NCBI RefSeq assembly: GCF_001194135.2
Contig: NC_068999.1
Span: 24,092,893 to 24,156,892 of the forward strand
From: Octopus bimaculoides
Lineage: Eukaryota
Direction: 5' to 3'
DNA length: 64,000 nucleotides
Below, in pieces: positions 53,334 through 64,000 of this stretch. The translations under genes and the position numbers were made by a program. Below the pieces are notes generated by a model, which was not told the origin of the DNA, ran no database searches, and saw nothing but the letters and a program-made list of their open reading frames with translations. Within the stretch, counting starts at the first letter, position 1; each line of letters opens with the position of its first letter.

Positions 53334-54843
53334 CACTACTATCCAAAAGTTTAAGATCTACAAAATGGAAATAAGTGAGAGATTCTGGTGAACTATTTTA
53401 TTAATACATTCATTGGATGACATAATTAACTCAGTAATTAAACAAAACTCTGAAAAATCAGAGAGAAGCTCAAAATTTTAGACTCCTCAAAATATTCGCC
53501 CGTGGCCTTGATCACTGTGGATCTTACTCTGGGCATTCTTTCGAGCAATGAAAGCAAATATTCACTGGTAATATTTTGCCAATCCTCTTGTAAGAGTATC
53601 CAGAGGGTTTCTGCACTACTTGGTTGTTGCTTTTTGACTCTGCAGTCCAATTCACCTCACTCAATTTTGATGGGATTGCCATCAGGGGATTGGGCAGGCC
53701 AATCTATTACAGCCACCTTTTTTTCATCCATTTTCTACTGTAAATAATTTTTGTGTAACTTAGAAGTGTGTTACGGATTGTTATCTTGCATCAGCATGAA
53801 ATTATCACCAACCAGCTGCATACCAGATGGGATGGCATGATGCTGGAGGATACAGTGATACCTGTTTCGGTTCAGTATTCCTATTATCCAATGAATGTCC
53901 CCAACACTATTGCCTGCAAAACACCTCCAGATCATCACACTTCCCCTTTACAGTTGGAACTATACACTCAGGAGTCATCCGTTCTCCAGTTATTTGCCTT
54001 GCATAAACTCTATGCTGAGATCCGAAGATTTCAAACTTTGATTCATCAGTCCAGAGGACTTGTTTCCATTGATCAATAGTCCAAGTTTGGTGTTTTTCTG
54101 GCCCATATGATTCACGTTTATTCACAGGTCAAAGCAGTGGTTTTCTGGCAGTGCAATGGCCATTTAGCCTAGTAGCAATGAGTCTTTGCCTCATGATTGT
54201 AAGAGATACGTTAGCTTTGCTGGCAGTGATTTCATTTGCTACCAGGCACCTTTTTCGAAGACTGGTGGTGACTCTGATGAACTTATCTTGTGATTTAGAA
54301 GTCACTTTTAGATGACCTGACTAAGCTCTGTCATTATTTTTTCCAGTTTCATTATATCTTATAATGGCTATATCTTGAAAACAATAGCCTTCACTACGTA
54401 ATGTGACAATGCTTTGTCTCTTTTCAGATGATAAATTACTGGTTTTGCCCATATTTAGGTTAATTTTTAGGAATTTCACTAATTTTGCCTATTGAACCTG
54501 AAAGAAACAATAAAACTATTAATGCAGTCATTAAGTGATGTTATCTCAACTGACAACACATAAGGAATGTAAATAATCAAAATGTATTGCGATGTTGCCA
54601 AAAAGAGGACGTTAAAATGCTTTTGACAACATTGCCAAATAGGCTTGCTGTCAAGAAATATGATTATTTGTATATAAAATATGTATAAATAGTGTTATTC
54701 CATATTGAATAAACCCCAAACTTTATGCAATATGTTATTCCATATTTTTACACCCAAAAATTATCTAAATTGATGACATTGAACTAAAAATTCCACTTTG
54801 AAACAAATTTTTGTAGGTGATCTTAAACTTTTGGATAATAGTG
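53334..54843 (-). mobile_element. Full-length decayed Tc1-type transposon (1510 bp)
   Basis: 25-bp TIRs (53334-53358, 54819-54843) with 1 mismatch; TA on the right. Transposase remnant from ATG 54452 (MGKTSNLS..) through VLWTDESKFEIFG and WPAQSPDGNPI to GEYFEESKI, with frameshifts. Confidence 0.9.
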
Positions 54844-54884
54844 TAGAGAATGCTATCCTGTACCAAAACTGCTTTTGTCAATAT

Positions 54885-55158
54885 TAGTAGGCATGGCTGT
54901 GTGGTAAGAAGCTTGCTTCCTAACCACATGGTTCCGGGTTCAGTCCCACTTTGTGGCACCTTGGGCAAATGTCTTCTATAGTCTTGAGCCAGCCAAAACT
55001 TTGTGAGTGGATTTGGTAGACGGAAACTGAAAGAAGTCCATCAAATATTTTTCAAGTTTAGTACTTATTCTTATCAGACTTTTTTTTGCCAAACTGCTAA
55101 GTTACAGGGATGTAAACACACTAACACCAGTTGTCAAGTTGACAAACACAGAAATACA

Positions 55159-55212
<54 letters not shown>

Positions 55213-55445
55213 TATACCTATATATATATGCGTGTCTGTGTTTCTGTGTTTGTCCCCCCATCACTTGACAGCTGGTATTAGTGTGTTTACATCCTTGTAA
55301 CTTAGCAGTTTGGCAAAAGGGACTGATAAGAACAAGTACTAAGCTTAAAAAATTAGTCCTGGGGTCGAAATATTTGACTAAAGACCTTGAAAGTGGTACT
55401 CCAGCATGGCCACAGCCAAATGACTGAAACAAAAGAATAAAAGAA
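54885..55445. mobile_element. Cluster of SINE A segments in both orientations around (CA)n
   Basis: Plus head 54885-55030, minus tail piece 55040-55150, plus tail 55215-55445. Confidence 0.8.
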
Positions 55446-56409
55446 TGTATATATATCATGAACTCTCCCATTGTTAGACGATGTATGAAAGTTTGGCAAT
55501 TTCTTGCTGAACAACCACACAGATGATTTGTTTATAGTGATCAATAGTTTGTGTACCCATAAGCTCACTCCTTCCATCAAATCAATATTACCTGTACAGG
55601 TGGACTGTGTGCCTCATGTCAGATTATGAAATGATTGTATAGCAACGTGAGATGGAGTACTTTGCTCAAGAACACAATGCATCACTCAGTCTGGGAATTG
55701 AACCTGTGAGTACAACACCTTAACCACTAAGCCATAAACCTATTGCATGGTCAGGTCATCAGTGACCAAACTGGTACCCTCATTAAGCTTTCCTGATGAA
55801 GAATGCTGCTAGAATACCAGCAGGACTAAAAACAAGATCTGTCAAAAAGGATGAAGGAACAAAGTGTAAGTTCAATGACTATCTAGCAATAGCACGGGCT
55901 ATTAGAAATTCAGGGTTGGTGTCTACATGCTGGAAGACTACTGGTCATGAGACACCCCTTAGCTTTTGTTAAAGCATGTCTCTAGGAGACATGCTTTAAT
56001 ATGAAACTGAATATGCAGGGAATAGCACTGGGCATTTTAAGGATTTTTTGCTTACACTTGAGATCATGGTGCTCCCACATTCTTGAGCTTGTGAACTATA
56101 TTGGTACTGGATGTTTTGTTCTGGCTTGTCTTTGAATCATGTTAATAGAGTAGAGAGGGTCTGTAAGGTATTGTGCAAGGCTTATTGGACCTAAAATTTT
56201 AAGTTGCATGGTCACCTGTGAGGCAACTTTCTGATCTCTTGTCACATTCCATTATAAGCATGGAAACTGCAAACTCAATCCTGGCTGAGCTAGTCATAGT
56301 TGTAGTAACCTTATGCACAAACTTTTCTCACATTTTTCATGGGCAATGGTCAGTGATGGTCTTTCTGAGTCACAAGTGATCAGCCATTGTTATCATAATT
56401 ATGTATATA

Positions 56410-57155
56410 TTTTTAAAGTTATCTCTATAGATTTTCTATAAAATTTAGAATATAAGTCTTGATGTTTCATAATCAAATTCATGTATGTAAAAAATTTGAT
56501 CAGAGATAGAAGAAAAGTAGGTAATGGGTGTATATGCCTATATCAAGGATTATTGTCCCTTCATCAGTACCTCATGTAATTCATCAACCACCCACTAGGT
56601 TTAGTGGTGTAACATATTATTTCTATCTTCAATTACATTGTTTGTACAGATGTATTTGTTTAGAAAACATTGCAACTATAGAAAATCTATAGAGATAACC
56701 TTAAAAATGAAATTACAGTACTATTAACACATGGTAAGACATAGTATTGACTTATAAACCTATAATATACTAAGCTGTATATGAAGGTTACAGAACAAGA
56801 TACAGTTTCCTTGCAGCAGTTAAATATGTGTATCAGTTGCCAGGAGTGTGTTTGATGTGCAGGTTGGTCTCTACAATTATGTTACACTGCTAAACCTAGT
56901 GGGTATTTAAGCAATGTTAGATGAGGTACTGATGAAGGGACAATAATCCTTGAAATATGCATATACACTCATTAACTATTTTTTCTATCTTCAATTGCAA
57001 TGTTTACATAGACATATTTGTTTACAAAACGTTGAAATTTATAGTACTGGCTCTAAATTCTATAGAAAATCTATAGAGATAACCTTTAAAATGAAATTAT
57101 AGCACTGTTAACTTGCAGTATGACACTAGGTTGATTTATAGACTATAATATACTT
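56410..57155 (+). mobile_element. Non-coding Penelope-like (pLTR-type) element with inverted and partial direct repeats
   Basis: 56878-57155 has an inverted copy at about 56410-56617 and a direct copy of its 3' part at about 56618-56775. The hammerhead motif is present in both the forward and inverted copies. Confidence 0.55.
56921..56972 (+). ncRNA. Type I minimal hammerhead ribozyme with intact core
   Basis: Stem I atgaggta/tac(a)ctcat; CTGATGA 56929-56935; stem II aggga-caataa-tcctt; GAAA 56952-56955; short stem III; AUA triplet 56961-56963. Confidence 0.65.
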
Positions 57156-57215
57156 AGTGGCATATTATAGTTACAGGATGAAATACTGCTGTCTTGCCAG
57201 CAATTAAAGATATGA

Positions 57216-57255
<40 letters not shown>

Positions 57256-57983
57256 TGTTTCAATCATTAAACTTTTTATCACACAGCCACCATGCATAGC
57301 CATGCACACATTTAAGTATGGGGAGCAACAGGAAATACACTTGTACATCACAGCTATATTTGAAGGAAGAAGTGTTGGTAATGAATTGCCAGGGAAGCAA
57401 ATCATGTATATTTCAATAAAATGGTGACTGGGTGAGAGGGCATTAGAAAGGAGTAAGGGATGTGGACCCTCATGCTGTTTATGAGAAATCTTTAGTGAAA
57501 TAAACTTATTAAAATTTGGAATTTGAAATATAATTTTAGCGATGCTCTACCGTAATTTATTATTACTACTAGAACTTTATAAAAATAATTTTAGCAATTT
57601 CTTATGAATCTTGGCCAATTTAACATATTGGAAAATAAATAATACTGATGAGAGACATTTTGTTATTATTAATTAAGAGATACATCTGCGGCACATATGG
57701 CATTTCCTTTGGATCTTAAACGGAGAGAAAGAGAGAAAATGTAAGACATTTGGCTTTAGAAATCACATATTAGTGAACGAGGAAAGATAGCACAGAACTT
57801 GACTTGATTAGATAAGTCTCAAAAGCTTACTTGTGATCAACTCAACTATAAACAGAGTTGCTTCCAATATATAGGCGCAGCCCACATGCTGTTTACTCTT
57901 TCAGAAATCTCGAGTGGAATAAACTTGTCACAATTACTTTGACTTTATAATATAATTTCAGTGATGCTTTACTCTGTGTGTCT

Positions 57984-58021
<38 letters not shown>

Positions 58022-58500
58022 TCCAAAGATTGAGCTGTAGGATGAAAGTTAGCTTCAAGCAATCCATAGTAAATATAAAAAAACAACTTTCAAGAACAAT
58101 AATGATTTATTGAGATGGAAGGTTATGAACTTTCTTCTTATCGAAGTATGATAAATTGAAAGAAGTTCTATATTTTTTACAGTATGCAACCAGGGTTGCT
58201 AAGTATGCGAATAAGAATACAAGAATTAAAGAATGAAATAGATAAGATCTGGGCTGCATATGTTTCATAGCAAGTGGAACTTCGGAAATGATAAATATCC
58301 AAACAAGGTGTATACTGCAGGCTACTCTTCAGGCTAAGACTATCTTGATTAAATAAAAGTTGACATTGTTGCAAGGAGGTACATCTTACTACATGGAAGA
58401 TTCAATCAGAATGTGTAGAGAGCACAGTAGGAGTGGAGGCAATAAATGTCATGAAAAATTAGGATTAAAAGAAAGAAAAAAGTGAGTGAGAAGAAAAAGA

Positions 58501-58624
58501 ATTTAAGCCAGGTCATTTGACCGGTAGTATTCGATAGGTCTATTTTGGTTGAATTGGCTATTTTGACTGGATTCAACCAAAATAGCCCTATTGAATACTC
58601 CCAATGAAATGACCTTGCTTAAAT
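58501..58624. repeat. 124-nt foldback (18-bp plus 29-bp stems, 16-nt loop)
   Basis: 58526-58554 pairs with 58571-58599 (27/29); 58501-58518 pairs with 58607-58624 (17/18). Confidence 0.9.
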
Positions 58625-58810
58625 AAAATGACCTTGCTGGGACACCACCATTGCCAACTATCATTTGGTGAATAAAGGATTTTAATGTTGCTGCCCTCAT
58701 TTGTGCCTCCTGTCGCGAGGTGGGTTCATCTGGGACTCTCGACAGGAAGAGATCCAGTTTTCTTTTGAAAACATCTACGTCCACTTTGTGTAGGTCTCTC
58801 AGGATCTTTG
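58625..58810 (-). mobile_element. CR1-group LINE 3' end
   Basis: DVDVFKRKLDLFLSRVPDEPTSRQEAQMRAAT..IHQ, a typical terminal peptide. Confidence 0.7.
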
Positions 58811-58862
58811 GGAGAATATTAAAAAGCTATGGGCCTTTGAAACCCAGGCTGTTGCAGTAATT

Positions 58863-59035
<173 letters not shown>

Positions 59036-59256
59036 GTATATATAAAGCAGTGAAGGGAAAAGGGATAAGAAAAAATATCTTTTCCTATATAAAATAGACC
59101 CTTTGCTGAGAAGTGCCAAAATAACATCACAAATGAGCATAACCGATATTTTGATTGAAGGATTTTTCAGTAATACCATATATTTCATGTGTGTGTGTGA
59201 GTCGTCTAAGAGACCGTGAGTCAGGGAAAAGATGGACTCATGTATCTGTCAGTATA

Positions 59257-59493
59257 GTATAGTATTAAATATCCATCACGGCTGGTCTTACCAAACTGCT
59301 CTCTGTTGTGAGAGGTGGATTAGTGTGCAAATCCATCTCCGACAATAGAGACCAGTCACCATATTCCCTCCCATAACAGCTAACTCTGATGAGCGTAAAG
59401 TGATATAATCGGTTTGTTACCTAACACTCCATTGTATTCTTTACGCAAAGCCAATTGGTAAGACCAGCCATGATTGGATATTTAATACTATAC
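59257..59493 (+). mobile_element. Short Penelope-like element with 38/39-bp terminal inverted repeat and decayed hammerhead
   Basis: 59257-59294 is the reverse complement of 59455-59493 (1 substitution, 1 indel). CTGATGA 59386-59392; perfect 8-bp stem II gcgtaaag/ctttacgc; palindromic ccaattgg followed by TA. Confidence 0.5.
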
Positions 59494-59665
59494 GTAAAAG
59501 CACCCACTACACTCTCTGAGTGGTTGGCATTAGGAAGGGCATCCAGCTGTAGAAACTCTGCCAAATCAGATTGGAGCCTGGTGTAGCCATCTGGTTTCAC
59601 CAGTCCTCAGTCAAATCGTCCAACCCATGCTAACATGGAAAGTGGACATTAAATGATGATGAATG
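59494..59665 (+). mobile_element. RTE LINE 3' tail
   Basis: Near-identical to 6085-6255 and 47570-47740. Confidence 0.85.
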
Positions 59666-59666
59666 A

Positions 59667-59707
<41 letters not shown>

Positions 59708-59708
59708 T

Positions 59709-60883
59709 TGTTATGAACGCCTGCGCGGAAGCACCTCAACGGGGAGAAAACTCTCATGCGCTCGAACGTCGACGCTCAGTGAGTCAGGATGTTCGCCACG
59801 ACTAATAAGTCCAGCCGGAGCACGTAACGAAGACAACAGGCAAAAGGAGGAAGAAATAACACAGACCATACGTTGCGTAGTGAAACTAACTTTTTTTTCT
59901 TTACATCACAATACAAAACATTGCATAACAATAATTCATTAACATGTAACAATAGCATTTCCAAGCATATGTAACAACAGCACATGTAACAATATTCTCC
60001 AAGCATTTAGCTTAATCAAAAGTTTACAATCAAAGTTTGTGCATCGAGAGTCAATCAAAAAGTTCTTTTACTTCGTTGTTTTTCTTTTCTTTGAACAACA
60101 TGTAACAAAGTTCTCTCTTNNNNNNNNNNTTGTTTTTCTTTTCTTTGAACAACATGTAACAAAGTTCTCTCTTTTCTTTTCAACCATTTAACCAGAGTTA
60201 GCAAAGTTCTTTCTTTTCTTTTCTTTTCAACCAGTTGATATCACAATTAACAAGAGTTAACAAAATTCTTTTTCAAAAACATATAACAACGCAAGTACAC
60301 TTTTCTTTAAAGAAATGCAAACAAACCTTCAGCTCAAGAATTTTCTTTCCTTCAAATATCCCACTACAATCACAAGAATTGACCAACGTAGTCTACTACA
60401 ATCTTTTGCCTGCCACAACAGTTCCATCTCTCTGTCCCTCTCTCTCTTAGACTCTATCCATTTCTGCTGACTGGTACCTTCTGACCATAGCCTCTCTCTA
60501 TCAGCCTCTCTGTTCATCTTGCTTCTCTTCACTGGCTGTTGACCTTTACATCAACTGCGATCTATCTTCACTCGCTGACCGCTTCCACCAACTGCTGACG
60601 CCAACTGCTGACGCCAACTGCTGTTGTATTTATAACAGATAAACATACCCAACAGTCCTACGTTACCCCCCTCCAGAGCTGGGTCAGTTTAGTACAGTTC
60701 CTAACTTGTTTTTCTAAACTTTCCATGACCGAAAGGGTCAGCGATCACTCCTACGCTAAAAATAACTGTGCTTGTTCACAGGACAGAAGAAATACCATTG
60801 TCCTCAACAACCAGAATATGGTTTCAAACCCAGCTCGGGGAATAGGGACATAACGTTATTTTGTATTTCGGCGGTCCGTATCA
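59709..60883 (-). mobile_element. Probable solo LTR (Gypsy-like)
   Basis: TG...CA termini with an imperfect inverted repeat (tgttatgaacgcc / ggcggtccgtatca); ATAT on both flanks (59705-59708, 60884-60887); CpG-rich; minus-strand TATAAAT near 60630; no coding region. Confidence 0.6.
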
Positions 60884-60894
60884 ATATATTCTTG

Positions 60895-61120
60895 TATTCC
60901 TTTATTTGTTTCAGTCATTTGACTGTGGCCATGCTGGAGTACCACCTTTAGTCAGGCAAATCAACCCCAGGACTTATTTTTTGTAAGCCTAGTACTTATT
61001 CTATCAGTCTCTTTTGCCAAACTGCTAAGTTACGGGGATGTAAATACACCAGCATCAGTTGTCAAGCAATTTTTTTTTTTGGTGGGGAGGACACACTCAA
61101 ACACACAAACATATAGACAC

Positions 61121-61153
<33 letters not shown>

Positions 61154-61735
61154 CNNNNNNNNNNNNNNNNNNNNNNNNNNNNNNNNNNNNNNNNNNNNNN
61201 NNNNNNNNNNNNNNNNNNNNNNNNNNNNNNNNNNNNNNNNNNNNNNNNNNNNNNNNNNNNNNNNNNNNNNNNNNNNNNNNNNNNNNNNNNNNNNNNNNNN
61301 NNNNNNNNNNNNNNNNNNNNNNNNNNNNNNNNNNNNNNNNNNNNNNNNNNNNNNNNNNNNNNNNNNNNNNNNNNNNNNNNNNNNNNNNNNNNNNNNNNNN
61401 NNNNNNNNNNNNNNNNNNNNNNNNNNNNNNNNNNNNNNNNNNNNNNNNNNNNNNNNNNNNNNNNNNNNNNNNNNNNNNNNNNNNNNNNNNNNNNNNNNNN
61501 NNNNNNNNNNNNNNNNNNNNNNNNNNNNNNNNNNNNNNNNNNNNNNNNNNNNNNNNNNNNNNNNNNNNNNNNNNNNNNNNNNNNNNNNNNNNNNNNNNNN
61601 NNNNNNNNNNNNNNNNNNNNNNNNNNNNNNNNNNNNNNNNNNNNNNNNNNNNNNNNNNNNNNNNNNNNNNNNNNNNNNNNNNNNNNNNNNNNNNNNNNNN
61701 NNNNNNNNNNNNNNNNNNNNNNNNNNNNNNNNNNN

Positions 61736-61792
<57 letters not shown>

Positions 61793-61910
61793 CTTCTTCT
61801 AGATTCCATTTCGGTTTCTACTATAAGTCTGGACTGGGGTTATAGTAAAAGGCACTTGTCTAAAGTGCCACACAGTGAGACTGAATCTAGAAACAAGTGG
61901 TTGAGAAATT
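60895..61910 (-). mobile_element. SINE family A with its internal microsatellite spanning a gap
   Basis: Tail 60895-61150, N gap 61155-61735, decayed head 61790-61910. Confidence 0.7.
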
Positions 61911-62534
61911 GAGAATCAAGCTTCTTATGAAAGTCTACACTTATATGTGGGTGTGTGCATATCTGTATGCATGTGTTTGTATTATATATAATTGATTATA
62001 TATGTATATATACACCACACACACACACACACACATATAAATATAAACTATGGAAAGGAATTCCTTCAAAAGGGTGTGTAAAACATCCAATTCACTGGTA
62101 CGTCAGTTGAATACCACATAAATATAGGTATTATGCAAATTACAAACAATAAATCAAATAGAGAGATTCAGTTGGCAATCCCATAATTCATTTATATTAT
62201 AATATAAATAATTTTTGGATTGTCAACTGTATCTTTCTATTTAACTTATTGTTTATATATAAATATATACAAATAGTGAAAGAGACCAGGTGTGTGTACA
62301 TATGAACTGGAGGGGATATTTATGTGTAGGTGTATGTATGTGTGTATGTATATATATACATGTGTATGTGGGCATGTGTGTATAAATGGTTGTGTGTATA
62401 CATATAGGTTTTATATGTGTGTGTATGCATATGTATGTATATATGTGCATTTATATATGTGTGTATATATGAGTATATCACTGCATCTGTATGTATGTAT
62501 ATATATGTAAATGTGGGTGTGTGTATATATATCC

Positions 62535-63305
62535 CTCTTTTACTTGTTTCAGTCATCTGACTGTGGCCATGCTGGAGCACCGCCTTTAGTCGAGCAAATC
62601 GACCTCAGGACATTGTCTTGCAAGAGAATTGGCCTGTCCCTATTGACCAATCTTGGTTGTTTAATTGCAAGTTCACTCATCATTTCATCCACCATTAGCT
62701 TTTTTTGGTGAATATTCTTCTTTTGATTGTGTTTTGGCACTTTGTCTCTATCCAACCACTGTGCAGAATGCTTGCTATTGTTGAAAAGAATCCATTTTTC
62801 ATCACACGTAACAATACAATGCAAAAATGGTTCACTTTTATGCTGAGACAGTAAAGAACAGCAAGTTTCAAGATGACGTATCATTTGATGCTTGTTAAGT
62901 TCACGTGGTACACACTTGTCCAGCTTCTTTACCTTGTTGATTTGTTTCAGTTGGAATCGAACATCAAACCTCGCTGCTAACTCACATGTAGTTTGAGATG
63001 TATTCACTTCCACTACAGTTTCCAGCTCATCATTATCCACCTTGGTCTTAGGTCTACCACGGGGCTGATTTTCAAGAGTAAAGTCATCAGACCAGAACTT
63101 CTCAAACCATTGACATACAGTGTGCTCATTTGCCACATCTTCACCAAACACCTCATTGATGTTTCGAGCTGTCTACCAAATCCATTCACAAATCTTTGGT
63201 CGGTCTGAGGCTATAGTAGAAGACACCTGCCCAAGTTGCCACTCAGTGGGACTGAACCTGGAACCATGTGGTTGGTAAGCAAGCTACTTACCACACAGCC
63301 GCTCT
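62535..63305 (-). mobile_element. SINE family A whose centre is replaced by a mariner fragment
   Basis: Tail 62535-62610 and head 63170-63305 are collinear and in the same orientation. Confidence 0.75.
62610..63170 (-). pseudogene. Internal fragment of a mariner-type transposase, no TIRs
   Basis: ORF 62549-63151 contains RGRP, KKLDKCVPREL, IVTCDEKWILF, HQKKLMV and ILLQDN, with an internal deletion after KKLMV. Confidence 0.85.
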
Positions 63306-63914
63306 TGCATATATATATATATATATTTTAAATAAAGATGTGTTATTATCATTATTAATGATATTAATAAGGAAATAATAAAGTGGCCAGCAACTTCACA
63401 CCATTACAGGCACAATATAAAGCAAATTTAGATACAGCAGGGTATATAATACCAATTGCTAAAATCAGAGCCAAGGCTCGGAAACCATCAGAAACTCACA
63501 ATAAAGATACACACGAGCAATGCAATGAACATATGAGAAATAGGCTTACCTTTGTGTTGAATACATCAGTAAGTAATGTATAATAAATAATATAAGCCTT
63601 TACAAGTTAGAATAAACATAAAAAGATGTTTTATGGGGTATATATTTAGTTCTGTCATGTCTGTGTATATATATAATAGTAATTGATTAAGTAACTAGAA
63701 AATGGATTTAGTATTAGTTTAATTAGACTAATACCAAATCCATCTTATGGTTATTTAATCAATTACTATTATCTCAACTAACACTGTGGATTTCCTGAAG
63801 TAGATCCAACGGAATATACCCCAACTGTGGATGACCCCAGGTAGCCCAAACTGTGTCAGTGCTTTACCCAACACGTCAACACACTAATCGACATATACTC
63901 ATTAGTCCAAAATA

Positions 63915-64000
<86 letters not shown>

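Noticed and set aside
57636-57700. CTGATGA at about 57644
   Set aside because: No stem II or GAAA follows; chance match.
60076-60173. Exact 44-bp direct duplication
   Set aside because: It flanks a 10-N gap (60120-60129); assembly artefact.

Overview
AT-rich, repeat-dense eukaryotic genomic DNA with eight assembly gaps. The tRNA-headed SINEs with internal microsatellites and the (GAT)n-tailed RTE LINEs resemble those I recall from octopod cephalopods (inference). No rRNA, true tRNA gene or CRISPR array is visible, and nearly all listed ORFs are microsatellite or transposon artefacts. The window reads as intron(s) of a plus-strand gene. One well-flanked 53-nt exon (47022-47074, DIIIAVRRATACISLIG) resembles the start of TM1 of invertebrate cAMP-receptor-like (CrlA/GPR157-related) GPCRs. 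Decayed transposons include a HERO-like RLE non-LTR retrotransposon, RTE and CR1/L2 LINE pieces, three Tc1/mariner lineages (one DD37D), Tc1/mariner, hAT and piggyBac-type MITEs, a Helitron nested in a MITE and a probable solo LTR. The most notable signal is a set of short, non-coding, mutually dissimilar elements with type I hammerhead-ribozyme folds and terminal inversions (Penelope-like/retrozyme-like); the copy at 56921-56972 retains an intact catalytic core. Family names come from motif recognition and recall, not database searches. Repeat boundaries are approximate unless termini or TSDs are quoted.
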